NCBI GenBank assembly: GCA_934177485.1 | Contig: CAKPPF010000001.1 | Location: 256,618-320,617, forward strand | Source: an uncultured Clostridia bacterium | GTDB taxonomy: Bacteria > Bacillota > Clostridia > TANB77 > CAG-508 | Direction: 5' to 3' | DNA: 64,000 bases | Made by a program: the position numbers and the translations under genes | In this document: piece by piece, positions 1-9,172 of the stretch | Numbering within the stretch: position 1 is the stretch's first letter | Layout: each line of letters starts with the position of its first letter | Notes under the pieces: generated by a model | Told to the model about the DNA's origin: nothing | The model's database searches: none | What the model saw: only the letters and a program-made list of their open reading frames with translations

Positions 1-84
1 CAATAAGTTTTACTGTTGTTCTAAAATTTAAGTTGCAGAATATATTTTATAGTGATATAATACGATTATTGTTAATTAGAAAGG

Positions 85-678
85 ATGATTAAACTTATGA
101 AAATATGCGTATATGGAGCTGCAAGCAGTGAAATAGATAAAAGCTTTGTTGAAGCAGGAGAAGAACTGGGAAGGAAAATGGCTCAAAGAAATATTGGGCT
201 TGTATTTGGTGGCGGACGTAATGGAATGATGGGATCTGTTGCAAGAGGTATCGCTCAAAATGGTGGAGATATTTTGGGAATTTCACCTAAATTCTTTGTG
301 GAAAATAATGCAGAAATTTCTTTTCCAGGGTGTACAGAATTTATACATACAGATACTATGAGGGAAAGAAAAAGATTATTAGATGAAAAATCAGATGCAT
401 TTATAATTACACCAGGAGGAATAGGAACATTTGATGAATTTTTTGAAATATTAACATTAAAACAATTAGGAAGACACAATAAAGCAATAGTTATATATAA
501 TATAAATGGCTATTTTGAAAATATGCTAAAAATGATGCAAATATCAATTGAAAAAAAATTTATAACAGAAGATTGTATAGAACTATATAAAGTAACAACT
601 TCAGCAGATGAAACATTAGATTATATAGAAAATTATGACCCTACAGACGTTGATATAAGCAAAGTTAAAATAAGATAA
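85..678 (+). CDS. LOG family protein (TIGR00730-type Rossmann fold, 'lysine decarboxylase-like' nucleotide phosphoribohydrolase)
   Basis: 'VFGGGRNGMMG' and 'ITPGGIGTFDEF' match the LOG GGGxxGxMG and PGGxGTxDE signatures. The ATG at 97 is an alternative start, better spaced from the AAAGGA RBS. Confidence 0.8.
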   Translation: MIKLMKICVYGAASSEIDKSFVEAGEELGRKMAQRNIGLVFGGGRNGMMGSVARGIAQNGGDILGISPKFFVENNAEISFPGCTEFIHTDTMRERKRLLDEKSDAFIITPGGIGTFDEFFEILTLKQLGRHNKAIVIYNINGYFENMLKMMQISIEKKFITEDCIELYKVTTSADETLDYIENYDPTDVDISKVKIR

Positions 679-683
679 AAACT

Positions 684-715
684 AGGAAAGAATTTTAAAA
701 AATTCTTCCTTTTTT
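684..715 (+). terminator. Rho-independent terminator after the LOG gene
   Basis: Hairpin aggaaagaatttt/aattcttcct followed by a T-run. Confidence 0.5.
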
Positions 716-853
716 ATATAGTAGGAAATTTCTCATTTCCTACTATATAAAAATAGCTAAACGCATGCCCTTTGAGATTTTCTCCTTTCAGTCGAAAACT
801 CAAATCGGGCGAGAACAAATCAAAGAAAAATTTTAAATTTTTCTTATTTGTTC

Positions 854-882
854 TTGACATATTAAAATTTTAAGAATACAAT
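854..882 (+). promoter_or_regulatory. Sigma-A-type promoter of the arsR-like/P1B-ATPase operon
   Basis: TTGACA (854-859), 17-nt spacer, TACAAT (877-882). The -35 hexamer lies at the end of a dispersed repeat copy. Confidence 0.5.
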
Positions 883-912
883 AAAACATATGAACAATTA
901 TTCATATGTTTT
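883..912. promoter_or_regulatory. Inverted-repeat operator, probable ArsR/SmtB (CadC-like) binding site
   Basis: Perfect 12-bp arms aaaacatatgaa / ttcatatgtttt separated by 6 nt. It sits immediately downstream of the -10 and upstream of the regulator gene. Confidence 0.5.
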
Positions 913-933
913 ATTAATTTTTTAGGGGGAATT

Positions 934-1284
934 ATGGAAGATATATGTGAAATAAATATTATACATCAAGATATAGTAGAAAATGTTAAAAATGTTATGC
1001 CACAAGATGATTTAATATATGATCTGGCAGAGTTTTATAAAGTTTTTGCAGATTCAACAAGAATGAAAATCATATATGCATTAATGGAAAATGAGTTATG
1101 TGTATGTGATATAGCAGCAATTGTTGGAACTACACAGTCAGCAATATCGCATCAACTAAGAATACTAAAACAAGCTAAACTTGTAAAGTATAAAAAAGAT
1201 GGAAAAGTAGTATATTATAGTTTAGATGATGAACATATTGCAGAAATAGTTAAGAAAGGTCGTGAACATATTGAAGAGTTATAA
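934..1284 (+). CDS. ArsR/SmtB-family metalloregulator (CadC-like)
   Basis: 'ELCVCDIA' metal-sensing motif and the winged-HTH 'SAISHQLRILKQAKLV'. AGGGGGA RBS. Confidence 0.85.
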   Translation: MEDICEINIIHQDIVENVKNVMPQDDLIYDLAEFYKVFADSTRMKIIYALMENELCVCDIAAIVGTTQSAISHQLRILKQAKLVKYKKDGKVVYYSLDDEHIAEIVKKGREHIEEL

Positions 1285-3337
1285 ATTTTTATTACAAAAC
1301 TTAGATTGCGCAAACTGTGCAAAGAAAATTGAAGACAAAATTGCTTCAAAACCAGAATACAAAGAAGTATTGGTTAATTTTTCTACTTTAACATTATCAT
1401 TTAAAACAGATAAAGAAAAAGGCGTAGAAGAAGATATTAAAAAAATAGTAAAGGCCATAGAACCAGACACAGTGGTTATATCAAAAGATAAAAAACAAAT
1501 AGAACAGGTTCAAAGAAATAATAAAGATATATTTAGACTATTCGCTGGTTTAGCAATATATGGATTAAGTGTATTATTAAAACAACAAATAATAATAAGT
1601 TATATCTTATTGGTAATTTCAGCAATAACTCTTCTATATAGAACAGCAATAAAAGCATACAAACAATTAAAAGGTAAAATATTAGATGAAAACACTCTAA
1701 TAATTGTATCTGTAATTGGTGCTTGCTTAGTTGGAAAAACTATGGAAGGAATTATGGTTATAACCTTATATGAAATAGGAAAAATCTTAGAGGCAAGAGC
1801 TGTAAACAAAACAAGAAAATCAATTTCAAGTTTAATGGATATAAAACCTGAATATGCAAACTTAAAAATAAATGAAGAAATAAAGCAAGTTAGACCAGAA
1901 GAAGTAAAAATAGGAGATTTAATAGTTATTAAAACTGGAGAAAAAATTCCATTAGACGGAGAAATAGTATCTGGAAATGCTAAAATAAATAATTCAGCTT
2001 TAACTGGTGAAAGTAGATTAATAGATTTGGTTGTAGGGGATAAAGTTTTATCAGGAGGAATTGTTTCAGAAGGATTAATTGAAATAAAAGTTGAAAAAAC
2101 TTATGAAAATAGTACTGTAGCTCAAATTCTAAATTTAGTAGAAAATGCAACAGATAAAAAAGCAAAAACAGAAACAACAGTAAGTAAATTAGCTAAAATT
2201 TATACGCCAGTAGTATTTGTTTTAGCAATACTAGTAGCAGCATTTATGCCATTAGTTGTAAAAAACGTAACATATTCAGATAGCATATATAAAGCACTAA
2301 CATTTTTAGTAATTTCTTGCCCTTGCTCAATTGCAATATCTGTACCACTTAGTTACTTTAGTGGAATAGGAAAAGCATCTAAAAGCGGAATACTAGTAAA
2401 GGGAAGTGATTATTTAGATGGCTTTAAGGACATTGGTGAAGTAATATTTGATAAAACAGGTACAATTACAACAGGTAACTTCAGTGTAAGTAAAATCCAA
2501 ACTTTTAATGACGAATACTCAGAAAATGATGTTTTAGAATTATTTGCAATTGGAGAGAGCTTTTCAAATCATCCAATAGCAAAATCTATAATAAATAAAT
2601 TTGAAAAAGAAATAGATGCAAGTAAAGTTAAAGAATATAAAGAAATTTCTGGAAAAGGAATTGAGTATCAAATAGACGATAGAAAAATAAAAATAGGAAA
2701 TAAAAATTTTGCAGGAGAACAAACAGTAAATGAAGATAAAACAGGTACAAACTTATATTTAAATGTAGACGGGAAAACAGTTGGTAGCATAATTTTATCA
2801 GACGAAATAAAACCAGATGCAAAAACAGCAATAGATAAATTAAATAAATTAGGAATAATTACAAAAATGTTTACAGGCGACTCAAAAGAAATTGCCTTAG
2901 AAATTGCAAAACAAGTTGGAATAGCAAAAGTTGAATATGAAATGCTTCCACAAGATAAATACTCAAAATTAGAAGAAGAAATAAATAGTAATAAAACAAA
3001 CAAAAAAATATCATTTGTTGGAGACGGAATAAACGACAGCCCAGTTTTAGCAAGAGCAGACATAGGAATATCAATGGGAGGAATAGGATCAAGCTCTGCG
3101 ATAGAAGCATCAGATGTAGTAATAATGACAGATGAATTATTAAAAATAACAGAAGGAATACAAATTTCTAAAAAAACAAATAGAATAATAAAACAAAACT
3201 TAATATTTGCAATTGGAGTTAAAATACTTGTTTTGGTATTAAGTATTTTAGGAGTAGCAACAATGTGGCAAGCTGTATTTGCAGATGTTGGAACAACATT
3301 AATTACTATATTAAATACAATTAGAATATTGAAATAA
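1262..3337 (+). CDS. Heavy-metal translocating P1B-type ATPase (CadA/ZntA-like)
   Basis: N-terminal HMA 'LDCANCAKKIE', transmembrane 'CPC', 'DKTGTIT' phosphorylation site and 'GDGINDSP' hinge. It overlaps the regulator gene by 23 nt, so the start is uncertain. Confidence 0.9.
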   Translation: MNILKSYKFLLQNLDCANCAKKIEDKIASKPEYKEVLVNFSTLTLSFKTDKEKGVEEDIKKIVKAIEPDTVVISKDKKQIEQVQRNNKDIFRLFAGLAIYGLSVLLKQQIIISYILLVISAITLLYRTAIKAYKQLKGKILDENTLIIVSVIGACLVGKTMEGIMVITLYEIGKILEARAVNKTRKSISSLMDIKPEYANLKINEEIKQVRPEEVKIGDLIVIKTGEKIPLDGEIVSGNAKINNSALTGESRLIDLVVGDKVLSGGIVSEGLIEIKVEKTYENSTVAQILNLVENATDKKAKTETTVSKLAKIYTPVVFVLAILVAAFMPLVVKNVTYSDSIYKALTFLVISCPCSIAISVPLSYFSGIGKASKSGILVKGSDYLDGFKDIGEVIFDKTGTITTGNFSVSKIQTFNDEYSENDVLELFAIGESFSNHPIAKSIINKFEKEIDASKVKEYKEISGKGIEYQIDDRKIKIGNKNFAGEQTVNEDKTGTNLYLNVDGKTVGSIILSDEIKPDAKTAIDKLNKLGIITKMFTGDSKEIALEIAKQVGIAKVEYEMLPQDKYSKLEEEINSNKTNKKISFVGDGINDSPVLARADIGISMGGIGSSSAIEASDVVIMTDELLKITEGIQISKKTNRIIKQNLIFAIGVKILVLVLSILGVATMWQAVFADVGTTLITILNTIRILK

Positions 3338-3374
3338 TTGAGCTATAAATTTAAAATGTATAAAAGAGGTAAAA

Positions 3375-4112
3375 ATGACACGAAAGAAAAGTAGTAAAAA
3401 TTTTGAAAGAAAAGTTATATACATAATTATTTTATTATTATTTAGTATAGTTACTTACTATTTTACTAATAATCAAACACATAATAATAGTAGTAGAAAT
3501 GAAATAATTCAAACCACATCGGATTTATTTAATATTCCAGAGTATTTTGGCTCACCATATATTACTATAAATAACAATGAACCACTCTTTACAAAAGAAG
3601 ATGAGAATATTGATCCTGTTGAACAATATGGAGATTTAGATTATTTAGGAAGATGCACAAAAGCTTTTGCAAAAGTTGGAACAGACACAATGCCAACTAA
3701 AGAAAGAGAATCAATAAGTAATGTAAAACCTAGTGGATGGAAAAGTGTTAAATATGATATAGTAGATGGAAAATATTTATATAATAGATGCCATTTAATA
3801 GGCTACCAACTTACAGCAGAAAATGCTAATAAAGAAAATTTAATAACAGGCACTAGATACTTAAATGTAGAAGGAATGCTTCCATTCGAAAATCAGGTTG
3901 CAGAATATGTTAGAGAAACAAAAAATCATGTACTTTATAGAGTAACACCAATTTTTAAAGGAGAAAATTTAGTTGCAAGCGGAGTGAATATAGAAGCTAA
4001 ATCTGTGGAAGATGATGGCAAAGGCGTGTGTTTTAATGTTTATGTATATAATGTTCAACCCGGAATAGAAATAGATTATAAAACTGGGGCAAGTAAATTA
4101 CAAGATAGTTAA
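3375..4112 (+). CDS. Membrane-anchored or secreted DNA/RNA non-specific endonuclease (DNA-entry nuclease type)
   Basis: N-terminal hydrophobic anchor and 'YNRCHLIGYQLTAENANKENLITGTRYLN', typical of the NucA/EndA-like sugar-non-specific nuclease family. Confidence 0.7.
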   Translation: MTRKKSSKNFERKVIYIIILLLFSIVTYYFTNNQTHNNSSRNEIIQTTSDLFNIPEYFGSPYITINNNEPLFTKEDENIDPVEQYGDLDYLGRCTKAFAKVGTDTMPTKERESISNVKPSGWKSVKYDIVDGKYLYNRCHLIGYQLTAENANKENLITGTRYLNVEGMLPFENQVAEYVRETKNHVLYRVTPIFKGENLVASGVNIEAKSVEDDGKGVCFNVYVYNVQPGIEIDYKTGASKLQDS

Positions 4113-4121
4113 GGAGAAAAA

Positions 4122-4712
4122 ATGGATTTTAATAAATTAGATAATGAATTACTTAAAAGAGATACTATAAAAAGCGCGAGAGATGAAGAAGTTGAACAAT
4201 TTATAAATATGTTAGAAGAACACATAAATAATAAAGAAAATATTAAAGAGCAAAATATTTGTGTTGTAAAAGATAGAAACGATGAAAAACTTACATTAGT
4301 AAATATTTCTAATGGAGTAGAATATGATATTTTTATTGTAAAATCGAATGCTGAAATAGCAAAACTAAATTTTCGCAATATTTTTGATAATATATATATA
4401 ACTTCTGAAAAATCATTTTACAATATAGACCTAGGAACAAATGTGATTTTTAGAGGAAATAGCTGCGAAATATATGATGCTAGCGTAGAAATAAAAAATG
4501 AGAAAGCAAAAGCTAATTTAGAAGAATTATTTTTTAATTTAAATGAAGAAGAAGGCACACAATATATTGTAGATAAAATAAAGGATGACAAAGTATATTT
4601 AAAAGGCGAAGATGGTGGATATTTTAGCATATATAAACAAGCATATCCAGACTTTAAACAAGGAGATAAGATAATAAGAGAAAATAGAAGATATAAAAAA
4701 TATTTTATATAA
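4122..4712 (+). CDS. Hypothetical cytoplasmic protein, translationally coupled to the nuclease gene
   Basis: 196-aa ORF starting 10 nt after the nuclease stop, with an AAGGAG RBS. No motif recognised. Confidence 0.55.
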   Translation: MDFNKLDNELLKRDTIKSARDEEVEQFINMLEEHINNKENIKEQNICVVKDRNDEKLTLVNISNGVEYDIFIVKSNAEIAKLNFRNIFDNIYITSEKSFYNIDLGTNVIFRGNSCEIYDASVEIKNEKAKANLEELFFNLNEEEGTQYIVDKIKDDKVYLKGEDGGYFSIYKQAYPDFKQGDKIIRENRRYKKYFI

Positions 4713-4759
4713 AGAACTAGTGCGTTATCATATATAGTAGCATTAAACCCAACATTGTC

Positions 4760-4792
4760 TTGACAATAAATAACAATTTGATATAATATCAA
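4760..4792 (+). promoter_or_regulatory. Rubrerythrin promoter with an overlapping Fur/PerR-type 7-1-7 inverted repeat
   Basis: TTGACA (4760-4765), 16 nt, TATAAT (4782-4787). A perfect TTGATAT-A-ATATCAA repeat (4778-4792) overlaps the -10. Confidence 0.4.
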
Positions 4793-4824
4793 TTGTAATA
4801 TAAAAGATACTAGGAGGTAATTTA

Positions 4825-5364
4825 ATGGAATTAAAAGGAACAAAAACAGAGAAGAATTTAATGGAGGCTTTTGCAGGAGAATCTCAAGCTAGAAATAAAT
4901 ATACATATTTTGCAAGTAAAGCAAAAAAAGAAGGATATGAACAAATTGCTGCAATTTTTCAAGAAACTGCAGATAATGAAAAAGAACATGCCAAAATGTG
5001 GTTTAAATTATTAAATGGTGGAGAAGTACCTAGCACTGTTGAAAACCTAAAAGCTGCAGCTGAAGGTGAAAATTTTGAATGGACAGATATGTATGATAAG
5101 ATGGCAAAAGAAGCCAAAGAAGAAGGATTTGACCATATAGCATATTTATTTACAGAAGTTGCAAAAATAGAAAAAGAACATGAAGCAAGATATAAAAAAT
5201 TGCTAGAAAACATTGAAGGAGACTTAGTATTCTCTAAAGATGGAGATAGAATTTGGAAATGTAGAAATTGTGGACATATAGTAATAGGAAAATCAGCTCC
5301 AGAGGTATGCCCAGTTTGCAATCATCCAAAGGCATATTTTGAGATAAAAGCAGAAAATTATTAA
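4825..5364 (+). CDS. rbr: Rubrerythrin
   Basis: Ferritin-like di-iron ExxH motifs ('EKEHAKMW', 'EKEHEARY') plus a C-terminal rubredoxin-like CRNC...CPVC. Confidence 0.9.
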   Translation: MELKGTKTEKNLMEAFAGESQARNKYTYFASKAKKEGYEQIAAIFQETADNEKEHAKMWFKLLNGGEVPSTVENLKAAAEGENFEWTDMYDKMAKEAKEEGFDHIAYLFTEVAKIEKEHEARYKKLLENIEGDLVFSKDGDRIWKCRNCGHIVIGKSAPEVCPVCNHPKAYFEIKAENY

Positions 5365-5386
5365 GATTAATAAGAAAAATTTAAAG

Positions 5387-5550
5387 ATGTAGGAGCAGGT
5401 CTTGTGCCTGCCCGCAGAAAGTGAAACGAAGTTTCACTTTTTTTATTATATAGAAAAAATGCTATAATCGCTATTGCCTTTGAGATTTCCTCATTTAATT
5501 CGGAAACTCAAATCGGCGAGAAGAAAAGTGTGGCGAAGCCACTTTTCTTA
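5387..5550. repeat. Composite intergenic repeat (palindrome module A plus hairpin module D)
   Basis: atgtaggaGCAGGtcttgtgCCTGCcc, then gctataatcgctattgcctttgagatttcc...ggaaactcaaatcggcgagaagaaaagtgtggcgaagccacttttctta. Near-identical copies occur at 15637-15730, 25333-25425 and 42030-42122. Confidence 0.85.
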
Positions 5551-5620
5551 AATTTTTTCATAAATTAAAAGTACAAGCATATTATTTATTATACTTTATA
5601 AACAAAAGGAGATAAAAAAT

Positions 5621-8287
5621 ATGTGGGGTACTTTAGATGTTAAAGAAGTTCAAAGAAAACTTAGGACAAATATATATGGAGGGTTAACTGAAGAAGAGGT
5701 TCAAAATAGAAAAAAGCAGTTTGGAGCAAATAAACTAGAAGAAGGAAAAAAAGAAAGCTTATTCATTAAATTTATAAAACAGTTTAATGATTTTATGATT
5801 ATTACTCTAATTATTGCTTCTGGGATTTCTGCTGCTATATCATATATTCAAAAAACAAATGATTATATTGATTCAATAATAATAGTTGCAATAGTAATTT
5901 TAAATGCAACTGTTGGAGTTATACAAGAAAATAAAGCAGAAAAATCAATTGAGGCACTAAATAAACTTACAGCTCCAAAAGCAAAGGTTAAAAGAAATAA
6001 TATATTAAAAACAATAGATAGTAAAGAATTAGTACCAGGAGATGTTATTGTAGTAGAAACAGGAGATTATGTTCCTGCAGATTGTAGGCTAATTAATTCA
6101 TATAATTTAAAGGCAGAAGAATCGGCTTTAACTGGAGAAAATTTACCAGTATCAAAAGATGCTAATTGTATTATAGGCGAAAATGTGGCTGTTGGAGATA
6201 TGCAGAATTTAATTTTTGCAACAACAATGATTGTAAATGGACATGCAGAAGCAATTGTAACTGAAACAGGAATGAATACTAAAGTTGGAAAAATAGCCGG
6301 TATGATAATAAAAGATGAAGCGCCAGAAACTCCTCTTCAAAAAAGACTAGGGGATGTTGGAAAGAAACTTGGAATAGTTGCTTTATTAATTTGTGTGCTA
6401 ATATTTTTTATAGGAATAATAAAGAAAATACCTGTAATGGAGATTTTTATGACCTCTGTTGGACTTGCTGTTGCAGCTATACCAGAAGGCTTGCCAGCTG
6501 TTGTAACAATAATGTTATCTATTGGTGTTACAAAAATGGCTAAAAAGAATAGCATAATTAGAAAACTGCCAGCTGTTGAAACTTTAGGAAGTAGTAATGT
6601 TATATGTTCAGATAAAACAGGTACATTAACTCAAAATAAAATGAGAGTGGTAGAAATAATAGGATTAGATAGCAATCCACTTAGAAAAAAAGAAATATTA
6701 GAAATGGCATGCATGTGTACAGATTGCAGTATTAATTCTAGCACAAAAGAAGTGGATGGAGAAGCAACTGAAAAAGCAATTGTAGAAGCTGCTATGGAAG
6801 TTGGAATAGACAAAAATGAATTATATAGTAGAATGCATAGAATAAATGATATTCCATTTGATTCTGAAAGAAAAATGATGACAACAATACATAAAGTTGG
6901 AAATAAATATAGAGTTATAACTAAAGGGGCTCCTGAAGTTTTACTTAAAAGATGCGATAAATATTTAGAGAAAAATAGAGAATTGAATATTACAAGTACC
7001 AATATTCAAAAGGCTAGTCTATTTAATGAACAGATGGCAGAGAAAGCATTAAGAGTTATTGCTGTGGCTTATAAGGATTTGGAAGAATTGCCAGACAATA
7101 TAAATACTAATATAGAAAAAAATTTAACATTTGTTGGGTTAATAGGAATGATAGATCCTCCAAGAGATGGTGTAAAAGAAGCAATAAGTATTTGCAAGCA
7201 TGCAGGAATAAAAACAGTTATGATAACGGGTGACCATATTTTAACAGCTAAGGCTATAGCAGGTAAATTAGGCATATTAAAAACAGGAGATTTAGCAATT
7301 ACAGGAAAAGATCTTGACGAAATACCAAATGAAGAATTTGAAAAAAACATAATGAGATATTCTGTATTTGCAAGAGTATCCCCAGAACATAAAGTAAAAA
7401 TTGTAAAAGCTTTTAGAAAAAATGGAAATGTTGTTGCAATGACCGGTGATGGGGTAAATGATGCACCTGCATTGAAAAATGCAGATATAGGAATTGCAAT
7501 GGGAAAAACAGGCACAGATGTTGCAAAAAATGCATCAGATATGATTTTGGCAGATGATAATTTTGTAACAATAGTTGAAGCTGTAAAAGAAGGAAGACAC
7601 ATTTATGATAACATAAAAAAAGCTGTGCACTTTTTACTTGCAACTAATATAGGAGAAATTGTTGCAATATTTGTAGGTCTACTTATGGGATTAGATACTC
7701 CACTTTTGGCAATACAACTATTATGGATAAATTTAGTTACAGACTCTTTGCCTGCAATTGCCTTAGGATTAGAACCAATAGATAAAAATATTATGAATAA
7801 AAAACCTAAAAAATCAAATGAAAGTTTTTTTGCAGGCGGATTATGGGGAAGCATTTTTGTTGAGGGAATGATGATAGGAATATTAACCTTGTTTGCATTT
7901 GCAATAGGAAATAATAAATATGGAATTGAAGTTGGCAGAACAATGGCTTTCTTTACTTTAAGTGCATTAGAATTAGTTCACAGTATTAATGTTAGAAGTG
8001 ATGAATCAATATTTAAAATAGGTATATTTAGTAATATATATCTTGTTGGAGCATTTATTATAGGGATAATGTTACAATTTTTAGTAATTGCTATACCAGG
8101 CTTAGCAACAATATTTGAATCAGTTCCATTAAATTTAACTCAGTGGTTATATGTTGCAATAATTTCAATTTTACCATTTATAATAATTGAAATTCAGAAG
8201 AAAATAAATGAATTTAAATTTGGAAAAGTGGTATATTCAACTAGAGAACTGTTTGATGCTAAGCAAAAGACTTCTAATAAATGTTGA
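5621..8287 (+). CDS. Cation-translocating P2-type ATPase (SERCA/PMCA-like Ca2+ ATPase)
   Basis: 'CSDKTGTLTQN', 'TGDH', 'MTGDGVNDAPALK', a 'PEGLP' TM4 motif and 10 predicted TM segments. Confidence 0.85.
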   Translation: MWGTLDVKEVQRKLRTNIYGGLTEEEVQNRKKQFGANKLEEGKKESLFIKFIKQFNDFMIITLIIASGISAAISYIQKTNDYIDSIIIVAIVILNATVGVIQENKAEKSIEALNKLTAPKAKVKRNNILKTIDSKELVPGDVIVVETGDYVPADCRLINSYNLKAEESALTGENLPVSKDANCIIGENVAVGDMQNLIFATTMIVNGHAEAIVTETGMNTKVGKIAGMIIKDEAPETPLQKRLGDVGKKLGIVALLICVLIFFIGIIKKIPVMEIFMTSVGLAVAAIPEGLPAVVTIMLSIGVTKMAKKNSIIRKLPAVETLGSSNVICSDKTGTLTQNKMRVVEIIGLDSNPLRKKEILEMACMCTDCSINSSTKEVDGEATEKAIVEAAMEVGIDKNELYSRMHRINDIPFDSERKMMTTIHKVGNKYRVITKGAPEVLLKRCDKYLEKNRELNITSTNIQKASLFNEQMAEKALRVIAVAYKDLEELPDNINTNIEKNLTFVGLIGMIDPPRDGVKEAISICKHAGIKTVMITGDHILTAKAIAGKLGILKTGDLAITGKDLDEIPNEEFEKNIMRYSVFARVSPEHKVKIVKAFRKNGNVVAMTGDGVNDAPALKNADIGIAMGKTGTDVAKNASDMILADDNFVTIVEAVKEGRHIYDNIKKAVHFLLATNIGEIVAIFVGLLMGLDTPLLAIQLLWINLVTDSLPAIALGLEPIDKNIMNKKPKKSNESFFAGGLWGSIFVEGMMIGILTLFAFAIGNNKYGIEVGRTMAFFTLSALELVHSINVRSDESIFKIGIFSNIYLVGAFIIGIMLQFLVIAIPGLATIFESVPLNLTQWLYVAIISILPFIIIEIQKKINEFKFGKVVYSTRELFDAKQKTSNKC

Positions 8288-8319
8288 TTTATATTAACAT
8301 AAATGCTAAAATATATTGT

Positions 8320-9159
8320 ATGAAAATAAAAGAATTAAGAAAATATGGAAATATAAATTTAATAAATGAAGATGCATGTAAAATATCTAAACTGCTTTTA
8401 ATGAGTATTCTAAATGTAAATGAGACTTATTTAATTATAAATGACGAAAATGATGTTCCAATTGGGAAAGAACAAGAATTTATTAAAGCGGTAGAAAAAA
8501 TAAACATTGGATACCCAGTTCAATATATAACTAATAGTCAGCAGTTTTATGGAATAAATTTCTATGTAGATGAAAATGTTTTAATACCACAACCAGACAC
8601 AGAGGTACTTGTGGAAAACGTTATAAAAATTGCAAACCAAAACGAAAATATAAAAAGTATTTTGGATATATGTACAGGAAGCGGAGCTGTTGGAATTTCA
8701 CTTGCAAAATTCATAAAGAATGTGCAAGTTGATTTAACAGATATTTCTACAGATGCTTTAGCTATAGCAAATAAAAATGCTATAGCTAATTGTGTTTCGA
8801 AAAAATGCAGTTTTATTAAGTCAGATATGTTTGATAATTTAAATAAAAAATATGATATAATAGTTTCAAATCCGCCATATATAGAAACTGATGTTATAAA
8901 GCAACTTTCTAAAGAGGTACAAAATGAGCCTTTAATTGCATTAGATGGTGGAAAGGATGGATTATATTTTTATAAAAAAATAGCTAATGAAGCTTATAAA
9001 TTTTTAAATTCAAATGGATTTTTAGCTTTAGAAATTGGATTTAACCAAAAAGATGCTGTTATAAGAATTTTGGAACAAACTGGTGAGTATAAAGATATAT
9101 ACTGCTTAAAAGATTTTGGAAAAAATGATAGAGTAATTATAGCTCAAAAAATGGACTAG
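8320..9159 (+). CDS. prmC: Release-factor glutamine N5-methyltransferase
   Basis: SAM-binding 'DICTGSGAVG' and catalytic 'NPPY'. The start is placed at the internal ATG (MKIKELRKYG). Confidence 0.85.
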   Translation: MKIKELRKYGNINLINEDACKISKLLLMSILNVNETYLIINDENDVPIGKEQEFIKAVEKINIGYPVQYITNSQQFYGINFYVDENVLIPQPDTEVLVENVIKIANQNENIKSILDICTGSGAVGISLAKFIKNVQVDLTDISTDALAIANKNAIANCVSKKCSFIKSDMFDNLNKKYDIIVSNPPYIETDVIKQLSKEVQNEPLIALDGGKDGLYFYKKIANEAYKFLNSNGFLALEIGFNQKDAVIRILEQTGEYKDIYCLKDFGKNDRVIIAQKMD

Positions 9160-9172
9160 AGGTGAGAGATAA

